From: Catajapyx aquilonaris
Taxonomy: Eukaryota
NCBI GenBank assembly: GCA_000934665.2
Contig: JYFJ02000838.1
Location: 1-64,000, forward strand
DNA length: 64,000 bases
Direction: 5' to 3'
The notes under the pieces were generated by a model. That model worked only from the letters and a program-made list of their open reading frames with translations, was not told where the DNA came from and did no database searches. Below, one piece after another: positions 49,501 to 61,200 of this stretch. How positions within the stretch are numbered: the stretch's first letter is position 1; the number at the start of each line of letters is the position of its first letter. A program made the translations under genes and the position numbers.

Positions 49501-52500
49501 TTACCGCCTGTTCAAGTCAGACGAAAGTGAACGTGATAGTGGAAGTACACTCCTTCTGCTTCCGGCTGATGAAGTGGACAGTAGAGCTGAATATGCCGCG
49601 GGAGATAAAATGTTCATAGTAGGGCCAGGACTCACACGTCTGGCTGTGCTTGAGAGAGGCACTAGAGGCCTCTGCATGCTTGATGAAGACAATGGTCGTT
49701 GCATACTCGATGACGAACCAGGCCGTTCGTCCTGAAAAACAATGTGCCTTAAAATTGTGCCATTGCTGACTAATCTATATTAATTTCAAATAACTATTTG
49801 CAACTAGCAGCTACATAGCTAGAGCTAATGTGTAAAATAGTAAAGCTCCTACAACTGCAGGTACTGTACTGAAAACAAAATACTGAAAACAAAATTATTA
49901 GTTTTTAAACAAACCTCCATGTTGAATACTCATCGCCTATAGTAGCTCCGCGTCTAGAGTAAGATAATGAGTGAGATGTTGAATTCTATGCACTTGTGAT
50001 GATATTTTAGTATTTACCCTGTAAAAACAAAATAATGCACACTCACCATAGACGAGTAACTGAGTGTCCCACTGCCTCCCTGTCCAGATCTCTGGAGAGT
50101 GGAGCTCCTTGACGATGGTGCTCCAACGTCAGAACTGAAGAATATGTTATACAGTATTATGGTCTATTGTTGGACTATAGAAGTGCTTATAAATACCTTG
50201 ATGATCTGATTGGTGCCGAACTTGTGGGTGTTTTCTTGGAAAATATTCCGCCAAGTTTTTCTTTCAGGTCTTTCTTGCTTCCTCTTTCTTCTTCTTTTTC
50301 CATATCCAAAGAAAGATCAGATCCTGCGTTTGACTGCAAAGTATGTGAAGTTACAGCCAAATGGTTTTTACAAAAAATTAGTAAGCTATATAGTAGGTAA
50401 ATCATACATGCGAGCTGGGTTCCACGTGTTTTGATGAAGATTCATCAGTACTGCTGGACTTGGTCAACATTTTCAGCTTTCCAAGGAGACCTTTCTTTTT
50501 CTTTTTCTCTTGCATGCTAGGAATAACCTCACTTTGCGTGGATCCTGTAGATATTCGGTCTACACTAGTATCCCTGCCTGTACTTCTTGATCTAAGGCCT
50601 AAAATACGCTCGTCGACTGACTGCAGTGACTGAAGGCTGCTATTGCTCCCGCCATCGTCCTCAGGTTTCCAAAGGTTCTGAATTAGAATAAGGTCAAAGT
50701 TAATTTTTGGGTTACTAAATTTCTGCTATTTTTCTCACCTGATCAGGACCAGCATTTGTTTGTTCTAGTGATAGACTCTTTCGATACAGACTGTTCCTCA
50801 AGGAGACAGCTCCTGAAGTTGCTGATGATGAACCAGGGGTCCTTTGTAAAGTTTGTGTACTGCGCCATCCTCCAGCACTAGGCTGCTGCGGCTCATCTTG
50901 ATCAGCAGAAGCGGTTCTACGCGCGCAGAGAATTATTAGCAATTAATAATTAATAATTAATAAGAGAAAATAATAAATTGTGGAAAAAGACATACCTTCT
51001 GAGAGTGGCTGCTCTACGTTGTCGTTCTTTGTCAGTTTCCTCCTCTGCAGTTTGATGTAACCTTTTGACTTCGCTGGCAATTTGAGAGAGACTTCCTAGA
51101 TACTTAAGTAGTTCATCCGGAACACGAGTGTCCTTTCGAGGTGGTTCTGGAGGTGCTTCTCCTGGCCTTAGTGGCTGCAAGGAAAGCGACGATAAAAATT
51201 TATTCATAGTGTGAATTACCTATAACTATGATTATTTCGAGTGGATGTTAGATTAGCCCATCTGAAAACTCACAAAAATTTACACAGTGCAGTGTACTCA
51301 CTCTGAGTGGTTTCCTAGGTGGTAGTGAGGGCTGCTTCTTCTCCTCTGCTGGCATTAGTTTTACCATTTCTTCCACCTTCAAATGAAAAATGTTAAAATC
51401 TTTCCTCTCTTTTGGATTCTATTGTCACTCTGTACCTGTTGCAGAAGTAATGCCACAGCCCTCTGTTCCTCAGTGGCCGATCGTTTGTGGTCACTCATTT
51501 GATGTCGTACGTCTTCTCTTTCTCGTTCGGCTCTGTCCTTGTCACGTCGCATTTTCTCATTCGTCGTTCGCAGTTTTGCGTGAGCGTCACGTAATTCCAG
51601 TAAGTCAAATTGCATCTTTCAAGGCGAAAAAATGGCATTATTACCTTCAAACAGACAAGTAATTGTTCCTCACCTATTATTATACCTATCCAAGGCTGCA
51701 TTAAAATTGAATGCTTATAATAATTTTATGCCATGTGATTTGTAATTTGGGGGTGATTTGTAATTACCTCACTAATTTTTCTCCTTGTCTCATCCTGTTC
51801 CTCATCCATCGTCCTCTTCAGTTGTTCCACTCGGCGCTTGGATTCTAGTCTTTCTCGATCACGCTCACGTTCAACCTAAACGACAATTGTTCAAGTAATA
51901 TTAATATGTAAATCAAAGTAACTTAATCAATTGCCATGTAGTAGAACGAACTTCAAAAAGTGTTTGCCGCAGATCCCTTGCTAGAGTGCTGGTTTCTTGC
52001 ACCAATCGTTGTTGATCCTCACGTTCCTTCTGCCATGCTAATTCCATCCTAGTCTTCATTCCGGCAGTTCTGGTGCGTCCACTGCTTAATAATCGATCTT
52101 CTTCCAACTAATTACAAATGAAATATGAACATTAATAATGCAGAAAAGCACAAATACTATAATGCAAACCTCGTTAATTCGCGTCTGTAATTCTGATGTT
52201 TTGATTCCAGCTGCAGCCTTTTCATTTACTAATTCAGTCCGTAGTTTAGCTTGCTCTACTTTAGCCTCGGAAAGTTCATCCTCGAGTGAAGCCACTTGTT
52301 GTTGAAACTCTGTAACTTGGACCCTTGCGCTCTCAGCCTGCCAAGGGAATATTACGCATTCATTGGAGTAAGGCACTTGGTGAAGTCTTACAAAATTTGA
52401 CTGACCTCATCAGAAGCAAGATAGGAATCCCTCTTGGCCTTTCCACTCTTCACTTCCGCCAAGGCTTTTTGAGCACCTTCCAACATTTCCCTGTAGGTGT

Positions 52501-54353
52501 CTCGCTCTCTTTTCGATTTAGAATATTGAGATTGGGTTGTCTGCAACTCTTCAGTGGTAGCAGCTAATTTGCTCTCGAATCTCATTTTTTGCTGAGCAAT
52601 TTCGGTCTTATGGCTTCGTTCTTCTTGTAATAATCTGTAAACAACGCAGGATTAAATATCTGTATACATTGAGTCATAATTATTCTTACTTGTTTCTAAG
52701 TTCACGTAGTTCCTTATCCTGCGCAAATGTGTCAACACTAATGTTTCTCTGGACTTTGTTGACCTTTTCGAAGTCCTCCAAGTTGTGACGAAGGTCATCG
52801 TTATCTTTCTTCATATTGAATATTTGGTTCTTCAGTACCTCAGCTTCTTTTCTCATCATATCTAACTCTGCATTCTTTTCTTCCAGGCAGTCTTTCAGTC
52901 TCATTTTTTCTGCTGTCCATGTCTCGGTAGTGCTGCGACTGGCACGTTCTCCCAGTTCTTTCAGTTTTTCTTGCATGTCTAGTTTTTCCTTGATCCAAGT
53001 ATCTTGCCGGACGTTGAATGTTTCTCGGAGTTTCTTCAACTCGCTTCCCAGTGTTTCATGTTCTGATTTGAGAGATTTGTATTCTCTGGAAAATAAACAT
53101 TATATTTAGGATGTTAAAATAGTTGCCAAACAAGAATTAGAGTACCCTTGAGCTTGTTCCTTTTCCAACACCAACTGAGCTTTTGTGACAACATAATCCT
53201 CTTCAAGCATGTCGTATTTTGTTGTCAATTCTTCATATTCCCGATTTTCTTTTGCAAGCTTTTCTTCCAGTTCTGTTAATAAATTATTACATGTCTTACA
53301 TAGTTAATGTTACTCGTACATTGTTATTGCACGTGTATTTACCCTACAGTATAAGTAAGTATAGTAACTGCATCATCAAGACAATGTACACACCTTGTAA
53401 TTTAGCCTCTTTGACCGTTGTTTTTTTATCTTTCCCTAGCTTCTTATCGTCTTCCAATTTTTTGATTTGTTCTTGTGCTTTGTCAACTTTCGATTTCCAC
53501 TCTTTCTCCTGATCCTTTAATTTCTTCTGCTCAGCCTGGAACATATATGTATGAATAATTCTGGTCAGGGCAACATGTATGATGGCAACATTTTTATGGG
53601 AGAATAGTGTTTTACCTTCAGTTTGTTTTCTGCTTCAGTCAGTTTGCTCAGAAGTTCCTCTTTTTCTTTCTTCGTAGTTAAATCTCCCTTTTGCTGCTTG
53701 TCCAGGGCAACCTTCTTCTCCTTCTCCGTCTAAATATAAAACGTTATATGGACACTGATATATTATTGACAGTGTCCAACGTACCTTTTCCAGTTTTTGT
53801 TCCAATTCTTCAACCTTCTTTTTCATTTTGACGTTATCATCCATTATAACTCTGACTTCCCTTTCAGTTTTCTTTTGAATAGTCTCCGTTGCTTTCTTGC
53901 TTTCTTCTTTAATTTTAGCCTCCTGAGCGTGGAAAGTAGGCCACGATTAGCATTTTCATTTGAATATAAATTAATGGGGGCACTTACCATTTCCTTCAGT
54001 TGCTTTTCTTTTGCAGCCACACTTTGCTCTAATTCTTCAGTCTTTGCTTTGAGATCAGCCAGGTTCTTTTTCATGTCATCGCGTTCCTTCAGCCAACCCA
54101 CAGCAACCTCCTTTTGTGTTCCTTCGGTTTGTCGAAGGTGTTCCCTTTCCTCTTGAAGCTCTTTTTCCATTGCAGCTAATTTCTCTCTTTTGTCCTTTAG
54201 GAGTTTTTCTGTTCGTTTCATTTTGTCTTCGGCTTCTTTCAATTTGGTCTCGCCTTCAGTAATTTTAGTTTCTTTCTCTTTCAGCTAAAAGAAACAATTT
54301 TAAGATTAATCTAATTACGCGCATTATGTCGACATAGCAGCAACAACAACAGC

Positions 54354-54408
<55 letters not shown>

Positions 54409-57400
54409 TAGCAGTCTCCGTGGGTATACAGGTTACTTTGAAAGTCGATCTGTTTCGTGAAATTCCAGTGGATTTTAAATGTACTTGCTTATGTACAGTA
54501 TAAAAGGAATTCCAGTACACCGTAGACGTAGAGAGCTTGGATGTTGTTAGACCTTTGGCGGGAGAATCGTGACTCATATATTATAAGAAAATTATCTTAC
54601 CTCTTTTAACATTTTGTCCTTTTCTAATTGCCCTTTTTTCATTTCCACTGTCTTTACGTTTTGCAGGTCTTCCAGTTGTCGTTTCAGCTCTGCAGTTTTC
54701 CTTTCTTCTTCTGCCGCATTCTTTTGCAACGTTTCGAATTTTGTTCGGAACCCTCTTATTTCTTCCAATGCTGTAGCTGTTACGATAAAGTTAATAATGG
54801 AATATTACATTAGATTACACTCATTTTCATTTCGCTGGAAAAAGTCATACCGGTACCAAATCTGTTTACCTTTGCCACTTGCGGATTTGACCAATTCTTC
54901 TTCAGCACGTTTCTTCTCTTTTTCGAGTTTGCTTCTTTCCGTTTCTATTTTACTTTTCTCTTCTTCAAGCGCTTTCTTTTGCGTTTCTGCAGCTTCGAAT
55001 TTTTCTGCCAGGGATTGCAATTCAGCGCGTGCTTTTTCTGCAGCTGACTTTTCTTCTTCCAACTCCTTTTTGATATCCTGTAATTGTGTCACATTGCTTC
55101 CATTTCCCTTCTTGCATTCTTCAGACAGCTTCTTTTTCTCAGCTTCCAAGCCTTTCATAATTACACATATATCTCCTGTAAGATATAAACATTATTATTT
55201 TAGAGAGGAAAACTGGCTCTGAAATTACAGGTGACATACCAATTTCGTCTTCGAGCTCTTCCACCATCTTTTTCAACTGCAGTCGTGATGTGGTATCAGA
55301 GGGCTTCTTAGGTGTTCGCTGCTTGAATGGAGTAATGTCCTTGAGTTTCTTCAGCTGCTCGCTCATTTTAGCCTTTTCTTTCTCCAGGTTTTCGAGACTT
55401 GTCTTTATCTTCTTCATCTCGTCTTCCTTGTTCTTGACTTCCTTCTGCAACGTCTCTTTTTCTTTCTTTAGTTGCTCTGTTTCTACATTCTTTGTGCCAA
55501 ACTTTTTGGGAACTGAAATAGCAAAAAAAAACATGTGAACAAAAGGCAATTCCTTTTTTTTCTCACCACTCTTACCCGCAGATGTTGATGATTTGGCTTC
55601 CAATTGTTTCTCCAAGTCTTTCAATTTGGCATTTGCTTCTTTCAACTGCTTCTCCAATTTTTCAGTCTTTTCTTTGACAGCCTCCGAATCAGCCGCTTCT
55701 GATACCGCCTCTTTTCCAGTAGTAGAATTTTTCCTTCCGGCTTTCAGTGACAGTTTCCTATTCTCAGCGGCCAATTTTTCATTCTCGCCTTCCAACTGCT
55801 GGGTTTTGCTTCGTAGGATCGATACCTCCTGCTCAATAACTGAAAGCTGCCTCTTGAGGTCAACGGACTGCTGGTCTGTATCCAACGACCTGAAAATACA
55901 GATTTAAGACAATGCATGTTACTGAACATCATATTTGTACCTGCTTCGAACCATTCCTCTGCCCCCTCCACGTCTTTGTGATACTGACAGCTCAGCCTGC
56001 AACCTTTCAGTTTCTCGTTCCTTTTCTATAAGTTTGCGACGGAGTTCAGCACATTCCGCATCTGCACTTGACGTGCTTGACACGCTTCCGGCACTGGTTG
56101 GCGACTTTGTCTTCTGCACCTGACTCAGCTTTTCTTCCTTTTCTTGCACCTCTTTTTGAAGACGATTATTTTCGCTCTCGAGGTCTTCAACGCGTCGTCG
56201 CAGAACAGTTGCCTCCTACGGTGATATAAAAAAATATTTGTCATATTAATAACTGGTCGATTATTGTTGCGATTGTGGTTACGATATTGTTTACCTGTTC
56301 GTTCAATTCACATTGAATTTTCAACTCCGTAGGGCATAGTTCTTCTTCCTCCGGCTTGTCCTTATCTCTCTCCTTATCTCTGTCACTTTCAGGTGTTGTT
56401 CCTCTTGCTGGGCTGGGACTAGACCGTCTACCTGCTGTTTAGATAAAAAAAATCGAACTAAAATTTGCTCTAAAATTTCATTTAATTGTAGCTCACCTTT
56501 GGCCTTGTTGGCCATCTTCTTCAGCTGCATCAGTAAGGTTTCATTTTCGTCTTCTACGCGGGAAAGGTTTTTGCGTAGTGTCTGCGACTCTTCTTCTGCA
56601 AATTTCATTTGTTCTCGAAGATCTGCCTCTCTTTCCAATGAAGCTTGTAAATCTCGAAGCAATACGGCGGGATCCTCCTGCGAACTTCCTCGTTTCAGCG
56701 ATTTTCGTTCACCCTGAAAGAAGGAAATCCGTTTTACTAAATGTCGGAAGAATGCATTAAAAGTCACATTTATCATAACTTTAAATAATAAGTTCAGAAT
56801 TATTTGGCAGAATTGCGAATTTTCCCCAAACTTTGTTAACACTTTGGTCACTCAATTCCGCATAAACAGCACTAATATTATCTCATTAGTTACAAATAAC
56901 AGATCTATGAGATTGTTGTCTTTTGTGGTTGGATAACATCCAACAGACGCACCGGAACATGGCCAATAAATTGTCATGGAGGACGGGAGGAGGCATGGAA
57001 AACCATATTCATGGTCACCTCTGAATACCTCCGTATGAATACCTGTTTTCAAATGAATTTGTGGAGAATTGCCAAAGGAAAGTTCCGTAAATTGTGTCCG
57101 CTTCCTGCACACCCATTTGGAACAATTCCCAGGCCCAACCACCGTGGAAAAAAATACTGGTCAACTTCACGGTGCATAGGGTGTTATTTGTCGGGAAGGC
57201 CACTGGCAAGGACTAGATTCGGAAGCGTTGGAAATAGGGGTCACTGCTAGGGGCAGCCAGATTGGATGGGATCATGTACCTTTTTGACCCAAGTTGCGTA
57301 TTCTTCGGACAGGGAAAGGCGTCGTTGTACAACTCACGTGATGTTCAAAATGATGTTCTACCGTGGAACTATTTTACAACTTGAACAACTTGAACTTGTA

Positions 57401-60365
57401 CAACCGTCTACACATACTGAATTCATATTACGTTATTAGAGCGATATAGCGATATGCTTATAATGACAGATCAGTAACACTTGCCTCGGGAGAATGAGCC
57501 TTGCTGAGTACAGGGCTGACCCTTGGGCTGACCGAGAGTTTGTTTGAAGCTGCTGGTGTACCTCCTTTTTGCAATTCTTCCACCTGCTTCTGAAGCTTCT
57601 GTGAGTTCTCCACCGTTGCGGCCAGTTCCATCTCTAGTTGCCTGATACGATCGCCACTGGGAGCACTATCCTGCATCCTTAACTCCAGCTCCCCCTTCTC
57701 TGCCTCCACTTGGTCCACTCTTTTCTCCGCTTTTCTCAGCTTGAATTGCAACACCCTACAATTCTTCGCAGTTTGTTCCAGCTCTTTCTTCATCCCGCTG
57801 TACTCATCAGCCTGATCCTCCCTGAAACTATCTTTCAGCTCATCCATTTCATCCGCCAGATCCCGAATATCTCTTTTCAGCGACGAATTCTCCTCCATCA
57901 GCTCTTCCACCATGGCTTCCGACGCCTGAAATTTAGCGTGCATATCTTCTATAGTCCTATTGGACGTAACTGCATCTGGACGTGATTCCAAATCCTCTTC
58001 AAGCTCCTGAACTCGAAAGCGCAGACTCCTTTGTTCGTCACACAAATCCTCGTTTGTACTCTTTAGTTCGTGCACTTGCCGCTGGAGACGCAGCAACTCT
58101 GATCGGAGTGAACCACCTGGTCCTTCTGCCGATGATCCGAATCGGCGCTGATTCAGAAGCTCCCCCTTTTCCTTGTCCAGTTTATCACAGCGCTCGCGCA
58201 GCCTCTCTACATCTGATTGTAGGCTTGTCAGCTGAAATCGATTCGTTACTAGGAATGTTGATGACATCAAGTTATGTGCTAATATATTAGGGATGAAATC
58301 ATGCGCACCTGTTCTTGCAAAGCGTCATTCTGATCGACCAGGGTTGTTTCGGTGGTTTCTGTCATGGCGCATGAGCTGGTGTCGTCATCATCTCGATGTT
58401 TTGGGGTGGATTTTACCTGGGTTTAAAATAAGGGATTAGTTACTGGTAGAAAATTGTTTTAGGTGCAATGACAAGAAATAATTTAACACACTTGAATTAT
58501 AAATGCTACGTCAGGATTATCTGGGGCGGAAGGATCACACTCTTCAATAGGAGGAGGAACTTCTTGACATGACTGAATAAGAAGTCTTCTTGGACGTCTT
58601 CTGCGTTTTTTCTCCTTTTCTCCATCTCCGTTACTAGATGAGGCTGACGGAGCTTCAGGAGTTGGACTACGTGGCGGTCGACGCCTTAGTCCAACCGTAA
58701 CTGACACGTCTTCATCATTGTTAACCACTGTGAACAGTTTATGCGTGTGGTCAATACACCATAATTAAGTGTGATATATCAACTGAATGTACGTTGCTTT
58801 CTTACCCGTCGCTGCGTCATCATCGTCTTCATCACTTTCTTCTTCGTCATTGTCCTCATCGTCCCTTTCCGTCTCCAGAGGAGACACGGACCTTCTGAAC
58901 CTCTCCAAACTAAAAACAAATATGAAATATATCAATCACACGTACAGTACATAATTATATGGCAGTTGTAATATAATTATGATTGATCCTATTTCTTTAG
59001 GGTTCGCCACTTTTAGTCCCTCTAGCCCCAATACTGTTATAGAAAACTAATCAGAAAATAAAATAATGATGTAGAGAATTAGCTGTACGCGTATGTAAAT
59101 TTGAAGTACTAAATTCATTTTCAGGCCTATAACCATATCCATATCGCAGCTGTATAGGCATGGAGTGTAGGCATGGAGTGAACATAAGACACCATTTGTG
59201 TGAGTACATGAATATGGGAGAATGGTGTCTTTAGATGCAGCTCTGTTCGTGGGGAGCGGGAGGTCGTCCAAATATACCATTTTAAGCTCAGTTTAGGACC
59301 CATTATTCCTTGCTTATTTGTTCCGTTACTTAGCAACAGCCTTATTTTCCTGAGAAGGAGCACTATGATATGGGGCAGTAAAGCCAGTCTTGGAAATAAG
59401 CAGTAGTAACGTTGCAGCTAAGATATTACGCTATTGGCTAAGGAATATTATTGGATGCCGAACCTTTGCACGCGTCATTAAAATTATTCCCACGGAGGGA
59501 ATTGTTTCTAAACAGCCTGAAAATTTCTAGATTTTCGATACGACACAATATATCGACTCTTAATATACGTTCGACTCACACGTACAGTACAGATATCGAG
59601 CGATATCACGAGCTTGAGCGATATATGCGATCGCGGATATAAGATGGTGGTCAATTATTTTCAAGCATAGTATAGTTTTTAAAATGCACTATTGAAATGC
59701 AGAGTCTGGATTAATGATGTTCAGGTTGGGCAAATACAACGTCAATAGAAGCCACGTTCACTAAACGACTATACAGGTTTTAGACCAATCCATAACCTGG
59801 CACCCATACCTCGCAAGTGCTTCACTGGATATAGAAGAGTAGGGGCTAGAAAAATCTTTCTTTGCCTCATTTTGCGTGGAACTGCTTTCATTGATTCCAG
59901 GCAGGTCATTCTTGTGACTGTGAATGAAAGAAAGTGTTAAGAAATTTATTGAAACTGGCGTGTCCAAGGAGGATTCCAAAGAAAACATTACTTGGTATCA
60001 CTGCTTCCGGAAAAACTGGATCGGGGGCTGAGAGAATCATCATCATTCCGCCGGTAATTTGAAGAATTATCAGCTTCCTTTTTAGCTATATGCTCCTTAT
60101 AGTCTCTGCAACAAATAAGTATTTATTTGATGAATATTAAATTATTTTAAAGGATTTTTAAACACGAAAGAAATATTTAGACGTCAACATTCGGTAAAGA
60201 GAAACTAACTCTGCAGAAACAATTATTTAACGCTTCATTATCCGAACAGTTCAGGCTGGTTTAAGACGCAGTAAAATACCTGAAGCAACGTTTGCATCTG
60301 GTTGGCCAACGCACTTGAGGATGAAAGCCCAATGGGCACAGCGGATCTCCGCCTTTTATTGGCAT
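49501..60365 (-). CDS. SOGA/MTCL1-family long coiled-coil protein (probably Drosophila CG18304-like), ~2138 aa, 32 coding exons
   Basis: Exons (high-low): 60365-60280, 60105-59992, 59917-59810, 58909-58806, 58727-58492, 58416-58309, 58231-57485, 56713-56497, 56434-56295, 56215-55941, 55889-55576, 55512-55240, 55175-54870, 54776-54601, 54284-53988, 53922-53785, 53729-53616, 53535-53394, 53272-53146, 53085-52690, 52634-52406, 52337-52170, 52107-51952, 51875-51768, 51615-51436, 51376-51302, 51174-50996, 50916-50739, 50677-50408, 50333-50197, 50134-50047, 49731-49501. Phases are all consistent; total 6417 nt. SOGA/MTCL-like motifs: EMDELKDSF.E...MKKELEQTAKNCRVLQFKLRKAE, DLREQMKFAEEE..LRK.L..VE.ENE, DLKRQL.VIEQE..ILR.K. 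E/K/Q heptads run throughout. Confidence 0.88.
54338..54408. repeat. (CAA)n microsatellite in an intron of the coiled-coil gene
   Basis: About 23 CAA/CAG units inside intron 54285-54600. Confidence 0.95.
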
Positions 60366-60965
60366 CTTCAACTACCTGGGAAAAGAAACAAAATTAAAAG
60401 GGTTGAAAGGCAGGGGACCCCTCGTCCTTGTGTACCCAGCGGCCGAATTGGCGCACCCTTCTCACTGCACTTCATGCCACAATTTTCTTGTTTATTCTTT
60501 CACCCACACTTCCCTTCCAACCCCCAACACCCCCCAAGCAAAGCCTTGTGGGAAATAAGTCAGCAGGATCCTAATGGGTGTTGGATTGCAGTTAGATCAA
60601 GTGACCCCTAGTGGTCCATCATCGATCCTCAAGGCAAAGGTTTTTGCCACCTCCAAAAGGACCTGGCAACTGGCTCAATCCCAGTGCACAGTCCACATGA
60701 AGTTATTTTGGCCTGGGTAACTCCAAGCTAGCGGCGAGCTTGTCCCTGAAAGCGTGTATGAGTATGGCCGGCGGCACTTTCATGCTGTTGCTTACATCCG
60801 ACATTTTTGGCCAGACCTGGTTAACGGTCGTGTCAGAGGAAATTGGATCCAGGGTGTAGTTTTTTAAGAAAAACATGCAACATTGAGGCACATATAAGCG
60901 GATAAAATTCCTGGACAAGCAGTGCATAGATGTTTAAATATTATAAACATTTGCCCCATACTTAC

Positions 60966-61200
60966 CTTTATAACTTAGAACCGTTAAAACCGTTGGAACC
61001 GTTGGAATGGAACACAGACACAGACTGGGATCATGGATGTACTCGCCATCACCGTGCACAGACTTAAAAATAAGGACCGCGATCACTTCCGTCGGGCCAC
61101 TATCTTCTGACGACGTGTACTATTTATATCTATCAGCTTCCAGGACATTATCCACCTTCTTTCTGATATCCGCTCCCAGATCACCTGACTTAGCTATAGT
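60966..61200 (-). other. Putative 5'-UTR exon of the SOGA/MTCL-like gene (5' boundary uncertain)
   Basis: Strong AAG|GTAAGT donor at 60965. The ATG-bearing exon has an acceptor (cttttcccAG at 60376-77) only 10 nt before its ATG, so an upstream exon is needed. Confidence 0.45.

Noticed and set aside
54311..54577. Poly-Leu ORF on the - strand
   Set aside because: Translation of the intronic (CAA)n microsatellite.
52816..58290. Long F/S/L-rich + strand ORFs (e.g. 54614-55222, 55593-55907)
   Set aside because: Antisense shadows of the E/K-rich coiled-coil exons on the - strand.
59590..59640. Repeated GAGCGATAT motif (also at 57439-55) as a DRE/BEAF-like cluster
   Set aside because: Only a few short copies, intronic, with no full TATCGATA; insufficient evidence.
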